Part shown: positions 24,333 to 38,479 of the stretch, one piece after another
Numbering within the stretch: position 1 is the stretch's first letter
Layout of the letters: the number at the start of each line of letters is the position of its first letter
The notes under the pieces: generated by a model
What the model was told of the DNA's origin: nothing
What the model saw: only the letters and a program-made list of their open reading frames with translations
Databases searched by the model: none
Made by a program: the position numbers and the translations under genes
Assembly: GCF_002113885.1 (NCBI RefSeq)
Contig: NW_018408307.1
Span: 1-64,000, forward strand
Length of the DNA: 64,000 nt
Reading direction: 5' to 3'
Source of the DNA: Mizuhopecten yessoensis
Taxonomy: Eukaryota

Positions 24333-25712
24333 AGTCTGGAACACACTTCAGTGTCTACAGTAGAGATCCTTTAACTGTTGAAGGTCATAATAGTACAGAG
24401 TCTGGAACACACTTCAGTGTCTACAGTAGAGATCCTTTAACTGTTGAAGGTCATAATAGTACAGAGTCTGGAACACACTTCAGTGTCTACAGTAGAGATC
24501 CTTTAACTGTTGAAGGTCATAATAGTACAGAGTCTGGAACACACTTCAGTGTCTACAGTAGAGATCCTTTAACTGTTGAAGGTCATAATAGTACAGAGTC
24601 TGGAACACACTTCAGTGTCTACAGTAGAGATCCTTTAACTGTTGAAGGTCATAATAGTACAGAGTCTGGAACACACTTCAGTGTCTACAGTAGAGATCCT
24701 TTAACTGTTGAAGGTCATAATAGTACAGAGTCTGGAACACACTTCAGTGTCTACAGTAGAGATCCTTTAACTGTTGAAGGTCATAATAGTACAGAGTCTG
24801 GAACACACTTCAGTGTCTACAGTAGAGATCCTTTAACTGTTGAAGGTCATAATAGTACAGAGTCTGGAACACACTTCAGTGTCTACAGTAGAGATCCTTT
24901 AACTGTTGAAGGTCATAATAGTACAGAGTCTGGAACACACTTCAGTGTCTACAGTAGAGATCCTTTAACTGTTGAAGGTCATAATAGTACAGAGTCTGGA
25001 ACACACTTCAGTGTCTACAGTAGAGATCCTTTAACTGTTGAAGGTCATAATAGTACAGAGTCTGGAACACACTTCAGTGTCTACAGTAGAGATCCTTTAA
25101 CTGTTGAAGGTCATAATAGTACAGAGTCTGGAACACACTTCAGTGTCTACAGTAGAGATCCTTTAACTGTTGAAGGTCATAATAGTACAGAGTCTGGAAC
25201 ACACTTCAGTGTCTACAGTAGAGATCCTTTAACTGTTGAAGGTCATAATAGTACAGAGTCTGGAACACACTTCAGTGTCTACAGTAGAGATCCTTTAACT
25301 GTTGAAGGTCATAATAGTACAGAGTCTGGAACACACTTCAGTGTCTACAGTAGAGATCCTTTAACTGTTGAAGGTCATAATAGTACAGAGTCTGGAACAC
25401 ACTTCAGTGTCTACAGTAGAGATCCTTTAACTGTTGAAGGTCATAATAGTACAGAGTCTGGAACACACTTCAGTGTCTACAGTAGAGATCCTTTAACTGT
25501 TGAAGGTCATAATAGTACAGAGTCTGGAACACACTTCAGTGTCTACAGTAGAGATCCTTTAACTGTTGAAGGTCATAATAGTACAGAGTCTGGAACACAC
25601 TTCAGTGTCTACAGTAGAGATCCTTTAACTGTTGAAGGTCATAATAGTACAGAGTCTGGAACACACTTCATTGTCTACAGTAGAGATCCTTTAAATGTTG
25701 ATGGTCATAATA
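24333..25712. repeat. 66-bp tandem array, ~21 near-identical copies, intronic
   Basis: Unit gtctggaacacacttcagtgtctacagtagagatcctttaactgttgaaggtcataatagtacaga. Confidence 0.98.
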
Positions 25713-26856
25713 TTATGTGTCAATCAAAGTTTATACTCTCTTTGCCACCTTGGGAGATATAAAATCAACCTTCCAATTACACTATATTGCAGAGAGTGTG
25801 AAGAAGGGTTTGGGTAATGAGAGATGGTGGCTGGGAGGGTAGTGCGGCTTGTGGAGGGAGGAAGTGGATGTGAGCTAAAATTTGGAACCAATTCAATTGT
25901 TGACATGATTAAATATTGAAGTTACTATGATGTGAGAGTGAATCGGTCCTCAAACCACCCCGCCAGCCTTAACTCTGGTGCCCTACTCCCAATTACAGTC
26001 CAATTCGTGTAGTATCATTTTACCCACATGCAAATAGAAAAGGTACTATCAGGCGACATGAAGAGGTCTAGCTGTTTCCATGTGACGCTTTACTGTGAAT
26101 AAATTTCAGGTACTGTACATAGAGATATTAGTTACAACCTATTGGCTAAATAACTGTATTCCTTCTGATGTTCCCTTCATACATTACCTTCTACAACCAA
26201 TAATATATCAAATGCAAGCTCCTATCATCATCTTTATATTTAAAATGCAGCTATTTGAAAGTATATATCAGATGTCAACATTTGAAATCCTGCCAAGATT
26301 ACTTGTTATTACACGACCCATTCACGAAAGAAAAAGCAAAACATTAATTTGGCTCAAATCTTAAAATGTTATCATCTTGCGTCAATTTCTCGATATATAT
26401 GTTATTCATTTCCTGTTGTAGATTTCTTGATTAGAATATTCATGACTTATAATGTATATGTGATTGCAGTACGTGAAGCACCGGAAAGCCTGTTTTATAC
26501 AGTTATAATCACATTGTCTGTATATACACATATAAAATGTCTCCACCTGTAATTATAGACAATCAATAATGACACACAAAAAGTGAGTTCTGCTAAAACT
26601 ATATTCACTGGAAATATTATCGTTTATACATTTTTTCTTCTAAATTCCAGGAAATTCAGGACAGTTTAATATGAGCATATAACTGTCAGAAATGAAAATG
26701 ATAATTAAAAGACCACATTATGGCCTTGGGTCATTCTGTGTAATAAGCTGACATTCCTCAGTATTCCTAATGACATCATTACAGTGTGAATGAACACTAT
26801 ATAGAAAACAAGTAGGACGAGGTTTTCATTAATAATTCAACATAAATGTAAACATA

Positions 26857-27980
26857 CAGGTGTGGATATTGATGACAGGTAAGTTGGTACAGACAACCTA
26901 ACGATTGTCACATATCACACCTGTATGATATTCTAGTAATAATGTACAGGTAAAATTAGGAGAGACGAACTGATTAAATAGCACAGGTATGTGTGTGTTG
27001 ACACACATGTTGAAGTAATGTTCGTTTTGGCCCACTTCCTCTCCCTCTGTGATTTACCTGTACTTACCATATACCTGTACTACACAGCTACAGGTAACAT
27101 ATAAGACAATACAGACCCTACAGGTAAATGTAGCTAGTACCTACCATCTTGAGGTAGCTCTCTAGTTGAGAGTTGATGTATTCTAGAGCAGGTATATCCC
27201 AGTCTTCCTCGTTACTATCATAGGTAAATCTGCCATGCTCTGCCATATTGTCATACCTGAGTCAGGCATGATTCATCCAACCTAATCACACAGATATTTT
27301 CCAGGTATATCACACATGTACGCTGTGTCCTACACGTCCAGATGTCACTGAGTGTAGTTTCTATTGTTTCTAGTAAACAATATACCCTCCTACAGGTATG
27401 AGTTGTTGAGGTGAGCTGAGAGCGTTACATTGACCTATCTTATTCCAACATGGCTGCCGTCCTAATACAGTACATTCATTCCCGAATATGTTCAATGGAG
27501 CATAGGTCCAAAAATAGCCTGCAGGTAACTCGTAGTTGTTGTTGTCTATGACCATCCCATACATGTCCAGGTAAAACCGATTGTTGTGATGGGGGTCCAA
27601 CAGCAGATCCTACCCACAACACCTACCTGTGCCTGATAGGACAAGGACAGTAATTAACACCCACTAACTAATTCAGCTAACGTTTGCTCATTAGTCTGTG
27701 ACTGTATAACAACCAACTGTGCTGAAATTAACACAGTAGCATGGTCTTATAATCCAGAATTAGCCCAGGTAAATACTAATCCCTGGCCAGACAGGTAGGG
27801 CTGCACAACGATTTCATTCTACACCCGGTTATTATCCACACAGGTATATATATATAAGAGTTTACCGGTTAGATACGAAAGGTATTCAAAAATTTGAACA
27901 AGTAGGTCAGGTGTGTCTATATAAAAGTGTGTATGCGTGACTTTCACCCAGGTATTTAATCCCCAGTGTGTGTACAGGTG
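26857..27980. promoter_or_regulatory. Homotypic cluster of CAGGTA/CAGGTG boxes (candidate enhancer or silencer)
   Basis: 22 occurrences counted on both strands in ~1.1 kb of otherwise non-repetitive sequence. Confidence 0.5.
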
Positions 27981-29392
27981 TGTCTGTATTTACCCTTATA
28001 GTAAGGCACTATGGTCAGATCTGTCTACTTGAAATGTTGACTTGTCAGGAAAATTCCTCTGCCCAACTTGTCAGACTATTAATCTTTCTCTTACCACTAC
28101 ACATGTCACGACCAATCATCATATTGATAAAACCACTCTATTTCTGACACTGAATATATCTCTGTAGTTTGTTGATGTATGGTACTGCAATGATTGCTAA
28201 ACAGATCAGAATACAATCTTGTGGAATGCTCTGGAATAATTGTACTATTATATATATCCATACATGTGAACTCATTTTATAATTATTTCAATATTACTAA
28301 TATATTACTGCAAAGAAATTTTCGTGTACTAATTTGCAAAATATTTTTCTGAAGTAAACTTCACTAAATAATTATAACACGCAAAGATTCAATATATTCC
28401 ACGATTTCATCTCCAGTTTCCAGCATTAACATAAAGACCATTAAACGACTAAGGGCAAAACATCTGATTTGTAGGTAACAGAAATATTTTCATACATATT
28501 CATGGGAACATTCATCTGTTCAAAGGACATAATTTCTCATTCAATTTCACAGGGTTAACGTTACCACAAATACATTATAAATATTGAGATTTTAAATATA
28601 TTAATCAAGCCTATGACATAAATTGTTGACAAATATGTTTCCAATACAAGTTTGATTCAAGCTGTATCAAGTTCAGCAATGATGTGAAATAATACCAAAT
28701 CTGACAAATTTATCTGGTGAGGGAATCATCAAAACACATGCAGACCCCTGTTTTTAACAAGGTATTAGCCACTCTACCTTTTTCTGTTTACATGGTGATA
28801 GCCTCCTCTTGCCCTGTAGAAGTTTGAAGAAGTGAAACATCCCAATCACAGTGGTGTATCAAATCACAGTAAAAATTAGGCAGAAGTCAGAGCTGAGAAT
28901 GTATCTTCAGTCCAAATATCACAGAAAATTAGAGTTGTGAATAATCAGAACTGTGGAAATCTTCAGTAGAAACCTGTCAGAAATCAGAGCTCAGTTCAAT
29001 CTCTGGTAAAAACCTGACATAACTTAGAACTGTGGCAATCTTGATCAGATCAAATTTTGATACTGATGGAAATTTCAGATGCCAAAATTTCTCTTCAAAA
29101 TATTACAGACTATAAAGTTTTAACATGTTGGTGCAGTGCTCTGACAGGAGCAGCTAGGATAGTGCCTGAATGTTGTCTCTGCAGTCCGTGTAACATGACT
29201 GTAACGATGTACACACACTCATGAGTAATAATGGCAAGTTTTTAGCCACTGGGATGTGAAAATCATCAAATCCTCACACAGACAAGTGTTATCTACGACT
29301 CAAGCCATAAGCTGTTGTGAAAATAAACAGACATGTTCCCAAGAACCCCTAATCTGAAGATGGCAGGAGACTATAACATAAACAATGTTTCC

Positions 29393-29680
29393 ATACCCCA
29401 CCTAGTCCCTGAGCTGTACGGTCCTTAACAATTATGTTCCCTATGTATACCCCACCTAGTCCCTGAGCTGTACGGTCCTTAACAATTATGTTCCCTACCT
29501 ATACCCCACCTAGTCCCTGAACTGTACGGTCCTTAACAATTATGTTCCCTACCTATACCCCCACCTAGTCCCTGAGCTGTACGTTCCTTAACAATTATGT
29601 ACCCTACGTATACCCCACCTAGTCCCTGAGCTGTACGTTCCTTAACAATTATGTTCCCTACCTATACCCCACCTAGCCCC
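29393..29680. repeat. 54-bp tandem repeat, ~5 copies
   Basis: Unit ataccccacctagtccctgagctgtacggtccttaacaattatgttccctacct. Confidence 0.95.
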
Positions 29681-32600
29681 ACTTCCTCTCTCTAACAGAT
29701 ACGCGGTGTACCAATTCTGACAGTGTCATCAACACCACGCTACATTCATACACATTTGTCAATCTTATCTCTAGTCCATTAATCATTCCATTATCAGGTC
29801 ATCCTGTAGTGCATTGGGCATCTACCATTTTTTTAAAAATCATTTAGATGTTCTGTTAACTTGAATGAGCTATTACTTGACTCTTATGATAAAGTCACAT
29901 ATGCAATTGAAGAATATTGCTCACAAATGCTGTAGTCATAAATTTCAATACAATATTAAAATCTAGATTTCACGAGTAAAACTTTTGTTTTTAACTACAA
30001 CTTGATTTTCTAGGATAGAAACATTTTGAATTGAATTAAACACATTTTGCAATTGACAAGAAATTGTTATTCTATAGGTATTATTATTCAATGAGATATA
30101 TGAATCACCAAATTTCTGTTTTGTTTTTTTGTTTATATTTGGTTCAAATTACAGAAAAGGCAGCATATAAATAGTCTATAATGAAGTTTTGTACTTTGTT
30201 TTTCTAACAATGAAATTAACCACATGTTTATCATAAGTTTTCAGAAGGAATTAAGATGTTTACCACAGTATGTTTACCACCTGTTGGTCAACGATACAAA
30301 ATGACCAGCTGACCACCTGTTGATCGGTAAAATCAAGGAGGTACCACCTGTGATTGTATGACATATTGGTTTGTTCAGCTGAGATCACAGGTAAACACAC
30401 CTCAATTAAGTCCGCACCTGTCATAGAAAATAATCCCCTGCATTATTTCTTAATCCTGAAAACGTGATTAACATCTAAATCCTACCTAACGTTTTCACAA
30501 TCCAACGGCATGTGGACAAGTATCTTGTTTTTTAAAGGCTCAAAATATAATGATAATGTTTTCCTGTTTCACCTTTACCAAAGTAAGAACATTTTTCTTG
30601 TGGATTATTTTCAAATAATAAAACCTAAGGAAACATTATTCAAAGTGATAACTTGAATACAAAGCTAGAACATGAAAATACTGTTATGACATTTAATGGA
30701 AGTTTGAGTTAAAATTCTACAAATGGCATGAACCCCTCAAATATGTGATCCGGTCCAGAGTTAACATTCTCAGGGAGTCCTATAGTCATACACTGAGTTT
30801 GTTTCCCCTACTTATGTGGTGTACTCAATCACCTTGTCGTTCTTACTGGGGTTTATAAACAAGGAAACCTGTAATTAACTAAAACAGCAAGTCAGGCGAG
30901 AGATGAAGGGATGATAGCTAGGACATCATTTGATCAGGTAAGTATGATATCACATGGGGGTCTAAATCTATCTTAGCAATCTGTTTACAGACTCTGTTTG
31001 TGGAAATGGCATCTGACCCCGGGGTTATCTCCTAAACCGTCCCAGTCTGAATCCCCACCCTGGGGCATCAATGTAGACCATTACAATGAACAAATGAGCC
31101 TGACCGCTCTCACCCCACAATACTTCAGACCGTTTGAAGATACAAACAGAGACCTATCATTTTACCTCACAAATTACTAGTTAGCTGGGTAAGGGTTATA
31201 GCAGATCTGTTCTGAGCACCAAACAGTTTTATTCACAATGAGTATTGTACTGACGATTTGAACCCACTGTTAGTAATTTTCATCACGACTTTGACATAAC
31301 CACATAATCTTATACAATAATACAGTGTAAACATCAACGTCTGGCACAGTAAACTCGACACTTTATTTAAATGTTGCACCCAACTTTCTTGGCTAAGAAT
31401 TTAAAAAAAAAAAATTATAAGGGAGATAACTCTTTATGTCTTGAAGGAAAAAATTTACATATTGATAAAGGACAATTTTTCTTTCTTTGAAATTACTTAA
31501 AGCAATATTGATTTTAACCAACTAAAGCAGTAATTCTCATGTGACTAAAGTAATGTCATAATGATGATATATACTCCCAGCACACCAGTACACCATGAGC
31601 TGCTGGTTTTAATGATAAATTATTTATCCTCCAATCATCAATCTAACATGCAATCAATGACAGCTCCCTGCAAAGGTAATGTGACAGAAAAGTGCATAGG
31701 ATTTAAAACTAGACTGTTAGATATAAACAAGATGTTTACTTTCTGAACGCAATATCCCAGTGTGTTGGCACCTCCCCAAATTCTTACTGCCCTGAGTAAA
31801 TTAGGTTTACTACAGATCAACAGTGGGAAAGTGATATTCTGGTCACATACACAGATTACTTTTGTATAAAGAAAACGATACTTGGATTCAACACAATCAT
31901 TTGAAATGAGATCCCTCAAGGACAAATTCTATAGATAAAAATAATTTTGTTTAAATAAAAAGGGCAATACATGTAAATCCAATATGCAGATTTTTTTAAA
32001 ATATTTCCAAGAACTTGCAAGGCAAGTTGCAGTGGTTAAGTTTCCGATTATAAAAGGTCCTTGACTTTCACGATACTTGACCATGTTTTCAAGCCAACAC
32101 ATGAATTCAGGCTAACGTGTGGTAAACCACTTGAGAAGGTGTCAAGTTATTCTACAAACACCTGGATATATTTCTTATTTAAACCACAAACTCGCTGGTC
32201 CCACAAACAATGGCATCTCAGAACATCAGCCAAAATACTAAACAGAAGTAAAACCTAGCATGTAGAGAGGAATTTAAACAATCACATTGATGTAGTGACA
32301 GATTTTTCCAGAATACCTAGACATACATCTTATACTTCTCCACTATCTACCTTATGAAGGATACTTTGATACTGTCTCTCTGAACTCTGTTGTATAGACA
32401 CACCGACAATCAAATATTCACAGATATCTCCGACGCCCTCAGATGTCGCAATAGGCAACTTTACACAGAGAGACAACCTACTATATCATTAGATGCCAAT
32501 AAAATCATTTCACCCCTGAACGAACCCTACCTGTTCGGGAAACCCTATCAATTAGCACCTCCAGAGCTTCCCATTCCTATGAATGGTGTCCTGGGGTATG

Positions 32601-35600
32601 TGTTTCACACGATTATTTGTAAATTGGGTGTAAATTGGCCCCTTCACAACCGGTGCTATAAGTACGGCTATCTCCTGTATATTACTTATATCCAGCATAC
32701 GTACAGTTCAAACTTTAGAAAGAAACCTCTGACATGATTTTTTTTCTTTATTTTATGTAAACTGGTAACATTTTTTTCTTGAGTGATTTTAAAATGTATT
32801 ATTTCCTCAGAACTGTAAACATTGGAACCTTTTCAAGTTCAAATACATCCTGGTGGAAAAACACTTTAACCATAACCATTTGTCTCGTATTAAATTATCC
32901 ATTCATCAAGATGTGAAAACTGCGATGAGCATCGTGTTACCAACAGTACAAAAACTTTTGATGCCCTGTTTATCTGCTACTTATACATACACAGAAATCA
33001 AGTAACTTAAACAAATCTCTAATTTATTTGCCACAGTAAAACCTCAAGCCTTTCTCTTATCCTTCAATTTTTTAAACTAGTACATCAAATGTTAAAACAG
33101 AAATTCAAAACTTACCTGTAATTATGCATTGCAATAAGATGTAAATGAAATCCACAGGGTATATATACAAATGTCAATTCACAAGAAACAGATCTCTTAG
33201 AGACCAAACACTTTTGAACACACTTACTTGTGTTTGAGAATACACCAGTGAACATGTGATACTAACATTGTAGAAGTCAGTTTGAAACATTATACCAGGA
33301 CAGCCGAGTGTCTGTTTAAAATCCCGGTTATCCTTTCGATCATTAGGCAATTGGCACCCAGCATGTGCCCCGGATCACATTACACTAACTCCTTTTTTAA
33401 AAGTTTACAAGACAGACATGGTGCATATGCTAGAATCTTCTTCCTTGAAGGGTAGCAAGTACTAAAGAGTATAGGGAGACCATCTCTTGCCAGAAGCAAC
33501 GCAACATGTCTACATTTCAACCAGGATACATAAACTGTTTTTCAGTAGCTTACTGCAATAAACATTCTTGGGGTCACTCAAGTCATGTGACTTTCTAATT
33601 GTTTATTGTGACTTTCTTTGCCATTATCAAACATCAATAACAACAACATTTTCACTTTAGTGAAATTTTATTCCGAACTTCAATATATTTAAAAACTTCT
33701 AAAGCATTTACTATTGTGTGAATATTATGTAAATGAAACAAACCATGCAGTTCCTTAATATAGCTCCAGCTGAAGTATCAGTAATCTTGAAATTATACAA
33801 AAATTACAGTTCTGTCATGGTTACCTGGTTTTCTTATACATGGATCGGAGCACAAATGGGTGGTTATTAAATATTCCTACTTTTTGAATTTGTATGCAGG
33901 AAATTGAGTTTATACATCGAGATCTGTTACGATCCTATGATAACATTTTATTGGCTTGATGAAGTATAAACACGATAAAGAGCTATTAAAATTCTAAGCA
34001 ATTCTGGCCTTTATAGAAAAATCTTTTAAACATTAAAGACTTATATAAATGGAAAATTATTCAAACACTTTGTTGTAAAATATTTTCAGTATATGATACC
34101 GGAATTTTAAGGCTACTGATCCAAAACTTCTTTTGAAACTTTTGATGTGAATGTGTATCAAATGAAATTTCTTGTTGAAAGTGCTGTTAAATTGGAGTCA
34201 AGTGTTGTTATTTGATACTTGTGATAAAGTTAACTGTATGTAGTTGACGTTTCTTTATCAGAGTCATTTGAGGGCACTTTGCGGTCAGCTATAATTGAAA
34301 TGTGGAGTGTTTTAATTAAGTGAGTGTCATGAGGCCTAGGTTTATAAGCCCTCCTCCCAGGTAACCCTTTAGACACCCATACACTGACTCCACAGCCATA
34401 AACGTCATACTAGTGACACAGGCTTATTATGGGTAGTGGACACAACTGATGACCGTTGGTCAGTCCTTATCCCATTCAAACTTGTTTCTTTATTAAAGAA
34501 ATAACAATAGTTAAAGTCACTGTGAGACCAAGAAAACCAAAATAGAAAAAAGCCGCCTAATTTAATACATGTACATTTCAGTTTATAGAGGAAATTAAGT
34601 TATGACAGATGACATTTACAACCATATTTTTATTATCTTGTCTCTAAAATAAAGTAAATTGATCTGTGCTATCAAGTGTCTGATTCTCAGTAGTCATTTT
34701 AGCTGTACCTATACCTTACACATAACTTCTCATTCATAAATACTATTTTTATCCAGTTCCCTTAGGAAATACAAGTACATTTCACTTTTCTCCCCTACAG
34801 CTATTGTTATAATTGCAGGGCAGAGTTTCCACACACACACACACACACACATATACCTAAAGTTACGATGACACTTTCTATGAAGAAGTAATTATTTCTC
34901 CACCCTCTACTGTCATAGTCTATGAAGGAGGAATTTCTCTCGACATTTCTATTAACAGTATGATTTACGTCTTAGTCAGGTAGTGTGCCCATCTGATACC
35001 AGAAAAAGGTTTATGTTTTCCCTCTGCAGGAGGCAGATACATTCTAGTACGTGACCTATCTAATACAAAAAGTATGATATACGTGCATATCATTCTCAAT
35101 ACGTCACCCCCACACCAGAAATATAATGCTCTTTTTATTGTTTTAAAGTGCCTACAGTTGTTAAATAGCCCCCCCCCCCCAATCAAGATGTTTAAGTTTT
35201 TCCATAAATATTTCTGTAAAATTTTGATCTACTTCTTAAATAAGTTTAAATGTCATCCTTTAGAATTACAAGAATTTCGATTTTTTGGGAAAACCTTTGA
35301 GTAATCTTGTCCACAACAGTATTCATTCATATGTTTTTCATTTCATTTACCAGTAATATGATTTGGTCTCACATGGCCGGAGTAACATACAAGGCCATTT
35401 GGCCCTGAAGATATTGCTTAAAAAAATTGCCCCACTTACAATTTATTAGCACATGCAATAGGAATCTCTAGTCCTGAAGTATCGTCCTGGGAGGGCTTTT
35501 CTGCTTTTGTTACAATTCAAACTGAATGAAGTAAATTAAAAGTAAACTCAAAGTTTGATCTATCTATTGTAAGACAAATCCTTTGAAATAAAGCCTAGTT

Positions 35601-36648
35601 TATCAGACTGGTGATTGTTTTACTGAAGGTTATCATGTTTGTTGTACTGAAGGTTATCGTTTTTTGTTTGCATGCTTTCCAGTACCATGTATCGTAAAGG
35701 TTACTGGGTGTGATTAGATGATGTCGCTGTTTTGAATGCTGATAAAACAGTTGCTTGGTAACGAAGTGTGAATTGAGCTTCCTCACCATTAAAAAGTTGA
35801 AAAATCATTTTAATCAATTTGCTCTCTGTGTTCTAACTTGAACTTCACACAACTGTTTTTTTAACAAGTGCAGACCTTTCACTACAAAGCTCAGCACAGG
35901 CTCTGTAGTCTCGCCGGATGTAATGAAGTGGGGAAACTTAAGTACACATGTACCAGAGAAAAAAATCGGAACTTCTCATCTGGAACTGTCAATCTAACTG
36001 TGTAGTATATCTCGAAGGTAACCAAATGAAAACAAATTTGACAAAATGAGTTTAAAATCTGTCCCTATAATTTGCTAATTCCAGAACCACCTCAAAATTG
36101 AGCCAATTTTATATGTCAACAATAAATATATAAAAAAAATCTGTGCATATTATTTTCTGCAAATTGAATAGTTTTTCTATTTAGATGAATTTTCCTGTGA
36201 ACTTCCATCCTAAAGGTTAAGAAAAAATAAAACCCAGTCAAAATCTGACAGGTTAATTTGTATTTGCCTGAACTATAGTCCAGCTTGTCAAAATAATGAG
36301 ATATTAAGTTACTGACATCCAGATAACCTACCATCATTGACTGACAATGTGTGGCACTTGTACAGGACCCTTCCTGGGCGGTGCATCCCACTGCACATAC
36401 CCTTTCGTTTCATTAACTCTAGGTTAAAAGCTGGTGTCTGCTGCAAACAGTTACAATATGCCAACATTAAACCAACAACCCTTGAGAAACAGATGGCTTC
36501 CTTGATGGCTTGTAGCATGATTAACAGACAAGATTGTGGAAAAGTCGTATTTACACTCTACTTTTTCTAGGTATGTGTAAACATATTTTGAAATTCTGAT
36601 TATAGAAAGCTCCAGTAGCAAAACAAGGCTTTCAAAATGTGATTCCTT

Positions 36649-36739
36649 TTAACTCATTCACCCCTGAAGACACATTTGAACTGGTCCAATTCAACGGTTG
36701 GAATAGTTCATTATGAAATTTCAGAGGTGAATGAGTTAA
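36649..36739. mobile_element. Tiny TTAA-flanked MITE (piggyBac-like target site)
   Basis: ttaa-ctcattcacccctgaa ... ttcagaggtgaatgag-ttaa; 83 bp between the TTAA sites. Confidence 0.7.
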
Positions 36740-38470
36740 ACGTTCTTTGTAGGATACCTTTTGTCAATCACATTTTCAAATTCCTAATAATAATAATTTT
36801 ATTATATATTCATCGTTTTTGAAATTATGACGCATGTGTCAAAATTTTGCATTAAATTTGTGAATCAGACTGTTATAATTTTTAAAAACCTTTCTTATAG
36901 CTGTACCCCAATCAATTTCATCATAACTGGTTATTTTTAATGGAATTTCAGTTACTTGTTTTGTATAAGTGTAGGATAAGTTTCACTGACATGACTTGTT
37001 TCAGTTTAAATTACCTTAAAATAACAGCAGTTGGTAGCTACCGTATTATATTGGTATCAATGGCTATACAAAGATAATTAGAGTTCAAACATTTTTCATA
37101 AAGCTCTCTTTCATGTTTAAAATGCTTTGAATTAAAGAAACAAATTTCTGTAGGTTTCAAATGTTCTGATGTTTAGTAAGATAAATTTAATCAAAAGCAA
37201 TAAAAGTTTCAGGAACATATGTATTACTAAAAGCAAATTTGGAGATAACCTGTTTTTATTCATTAGGATTTGTATGATTTAATTGAAACCATTTATAGGT
37301 TTAAAGGTTTCAACAAACCTCAACTAGAACAGAAACAACCTACGTCATAGACCGTCAGTTATATCAAATTTCTAACGTATCTGGATATAAAAACCATTGA
37401 CCAAACCTATTATGCTATATCCTACTTACTGCAGAACTATGTGTATTTTTTGTGGTCCATATTTTCATTATATTGATCACACTCTTTGATGACAAATGAA
37501 AGGGTATCTACCATACTTGAAATGAGCTGTTGGTGATTTCCTTGAAATTTTCTTCGGTAGAAAGTAAATTGAAAAGTCCTCATTAAAACTATAATTTAAC
37601 AGCGATCATGAAAATAGAAACTGATGTGGATGTTATGATTCAGGTCTATAAAGTAGCTTCTTAAGTTTAAGAGCATGCAATAACAGAAAACAAATTTGTT
37701 TTGGACAGATAGCAAAATCTTTACAGCTTTTTTTACCGTGAATGGTACCTTATAAAGTTTTGCTATACAAAATGTTTGAATTATAATGAAATCTGAAAAT
37801 AAAATGTTGCTCAATGGCATCATTAAAAAGTTGAGATTTAAATATATCCATTTAAGAACCCAATGAATGAAGCGCTTGGGGCCAGTAAAGGTCAGTTATG
37901 GTTTTCCTAGCTCATCTGTCATAAAGACACTTTTTACTCCATGATTGTATGGTAACCCCTAACATTACCATAACACGCAAGACTTGAGTATTCTTCAATT
38001 CAAATGTATAGCAAAGAGATCCTGCTGTAAACATGGTATACACAGCATTCATAGGGAAGTGTTAATAGTTTCAACAGAAACCAACATCAAATAGGCCGTC
38101 GTTAGAGCTATCCTAATATTGACTCCTGTAGGCAAAACACATGACACACAAACTCAGGTATATGTTCTTTCAGTGGACATAATTACGAAGGTCTGTGGTT
38201 TTCATCAATTGTGAACTTACGAATTCAATAGGTAAATCATTCCAGTCTGTCAACAAGAAAATACTATTGTATCAATAGTTGTCAGACGTTTCTGTCAACA
38301 TGTTTACTCTGCATGGTCCAGACGAATGGTAACATGAATAAAAGAGATTATTTTGTTTAAACCCGTTATTTGTAAAGATAATCCTTTAGTCAAAATATGT
38401 AGATGCAGAATTATAAATGACGTCACATCATGATGTTTTAAACTATCCTTTTCTATTGTAAGTCACTTAC

Positions 38471-38479
38471 CTTTCTCAT
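38471..38479 (-). CDS. Candidate alternative first coding exon end (ATG AGA AAG = MRK)
   Basis: Consensus donor AAG|gtaagt, phase 0 matching the 19165 exon, in-frame TAG upstream. Confidence 0.33.

Noticed and set aside
24333-25712. CRISPR-like appearance of regular arrays (also 13 kb and 52-56 kb)
   Set aside because: Head-to-tail repeats without unique spacers, no cas genes, eukaryotic intron context.
33110-33180. Minus-strand CAG|GTAAGT as an exon end or recursive splice site
   Set aside because: No compatible open frame with a start codon, weak pyrimidine tract, and CAGGTA is generally enriched in this intron.
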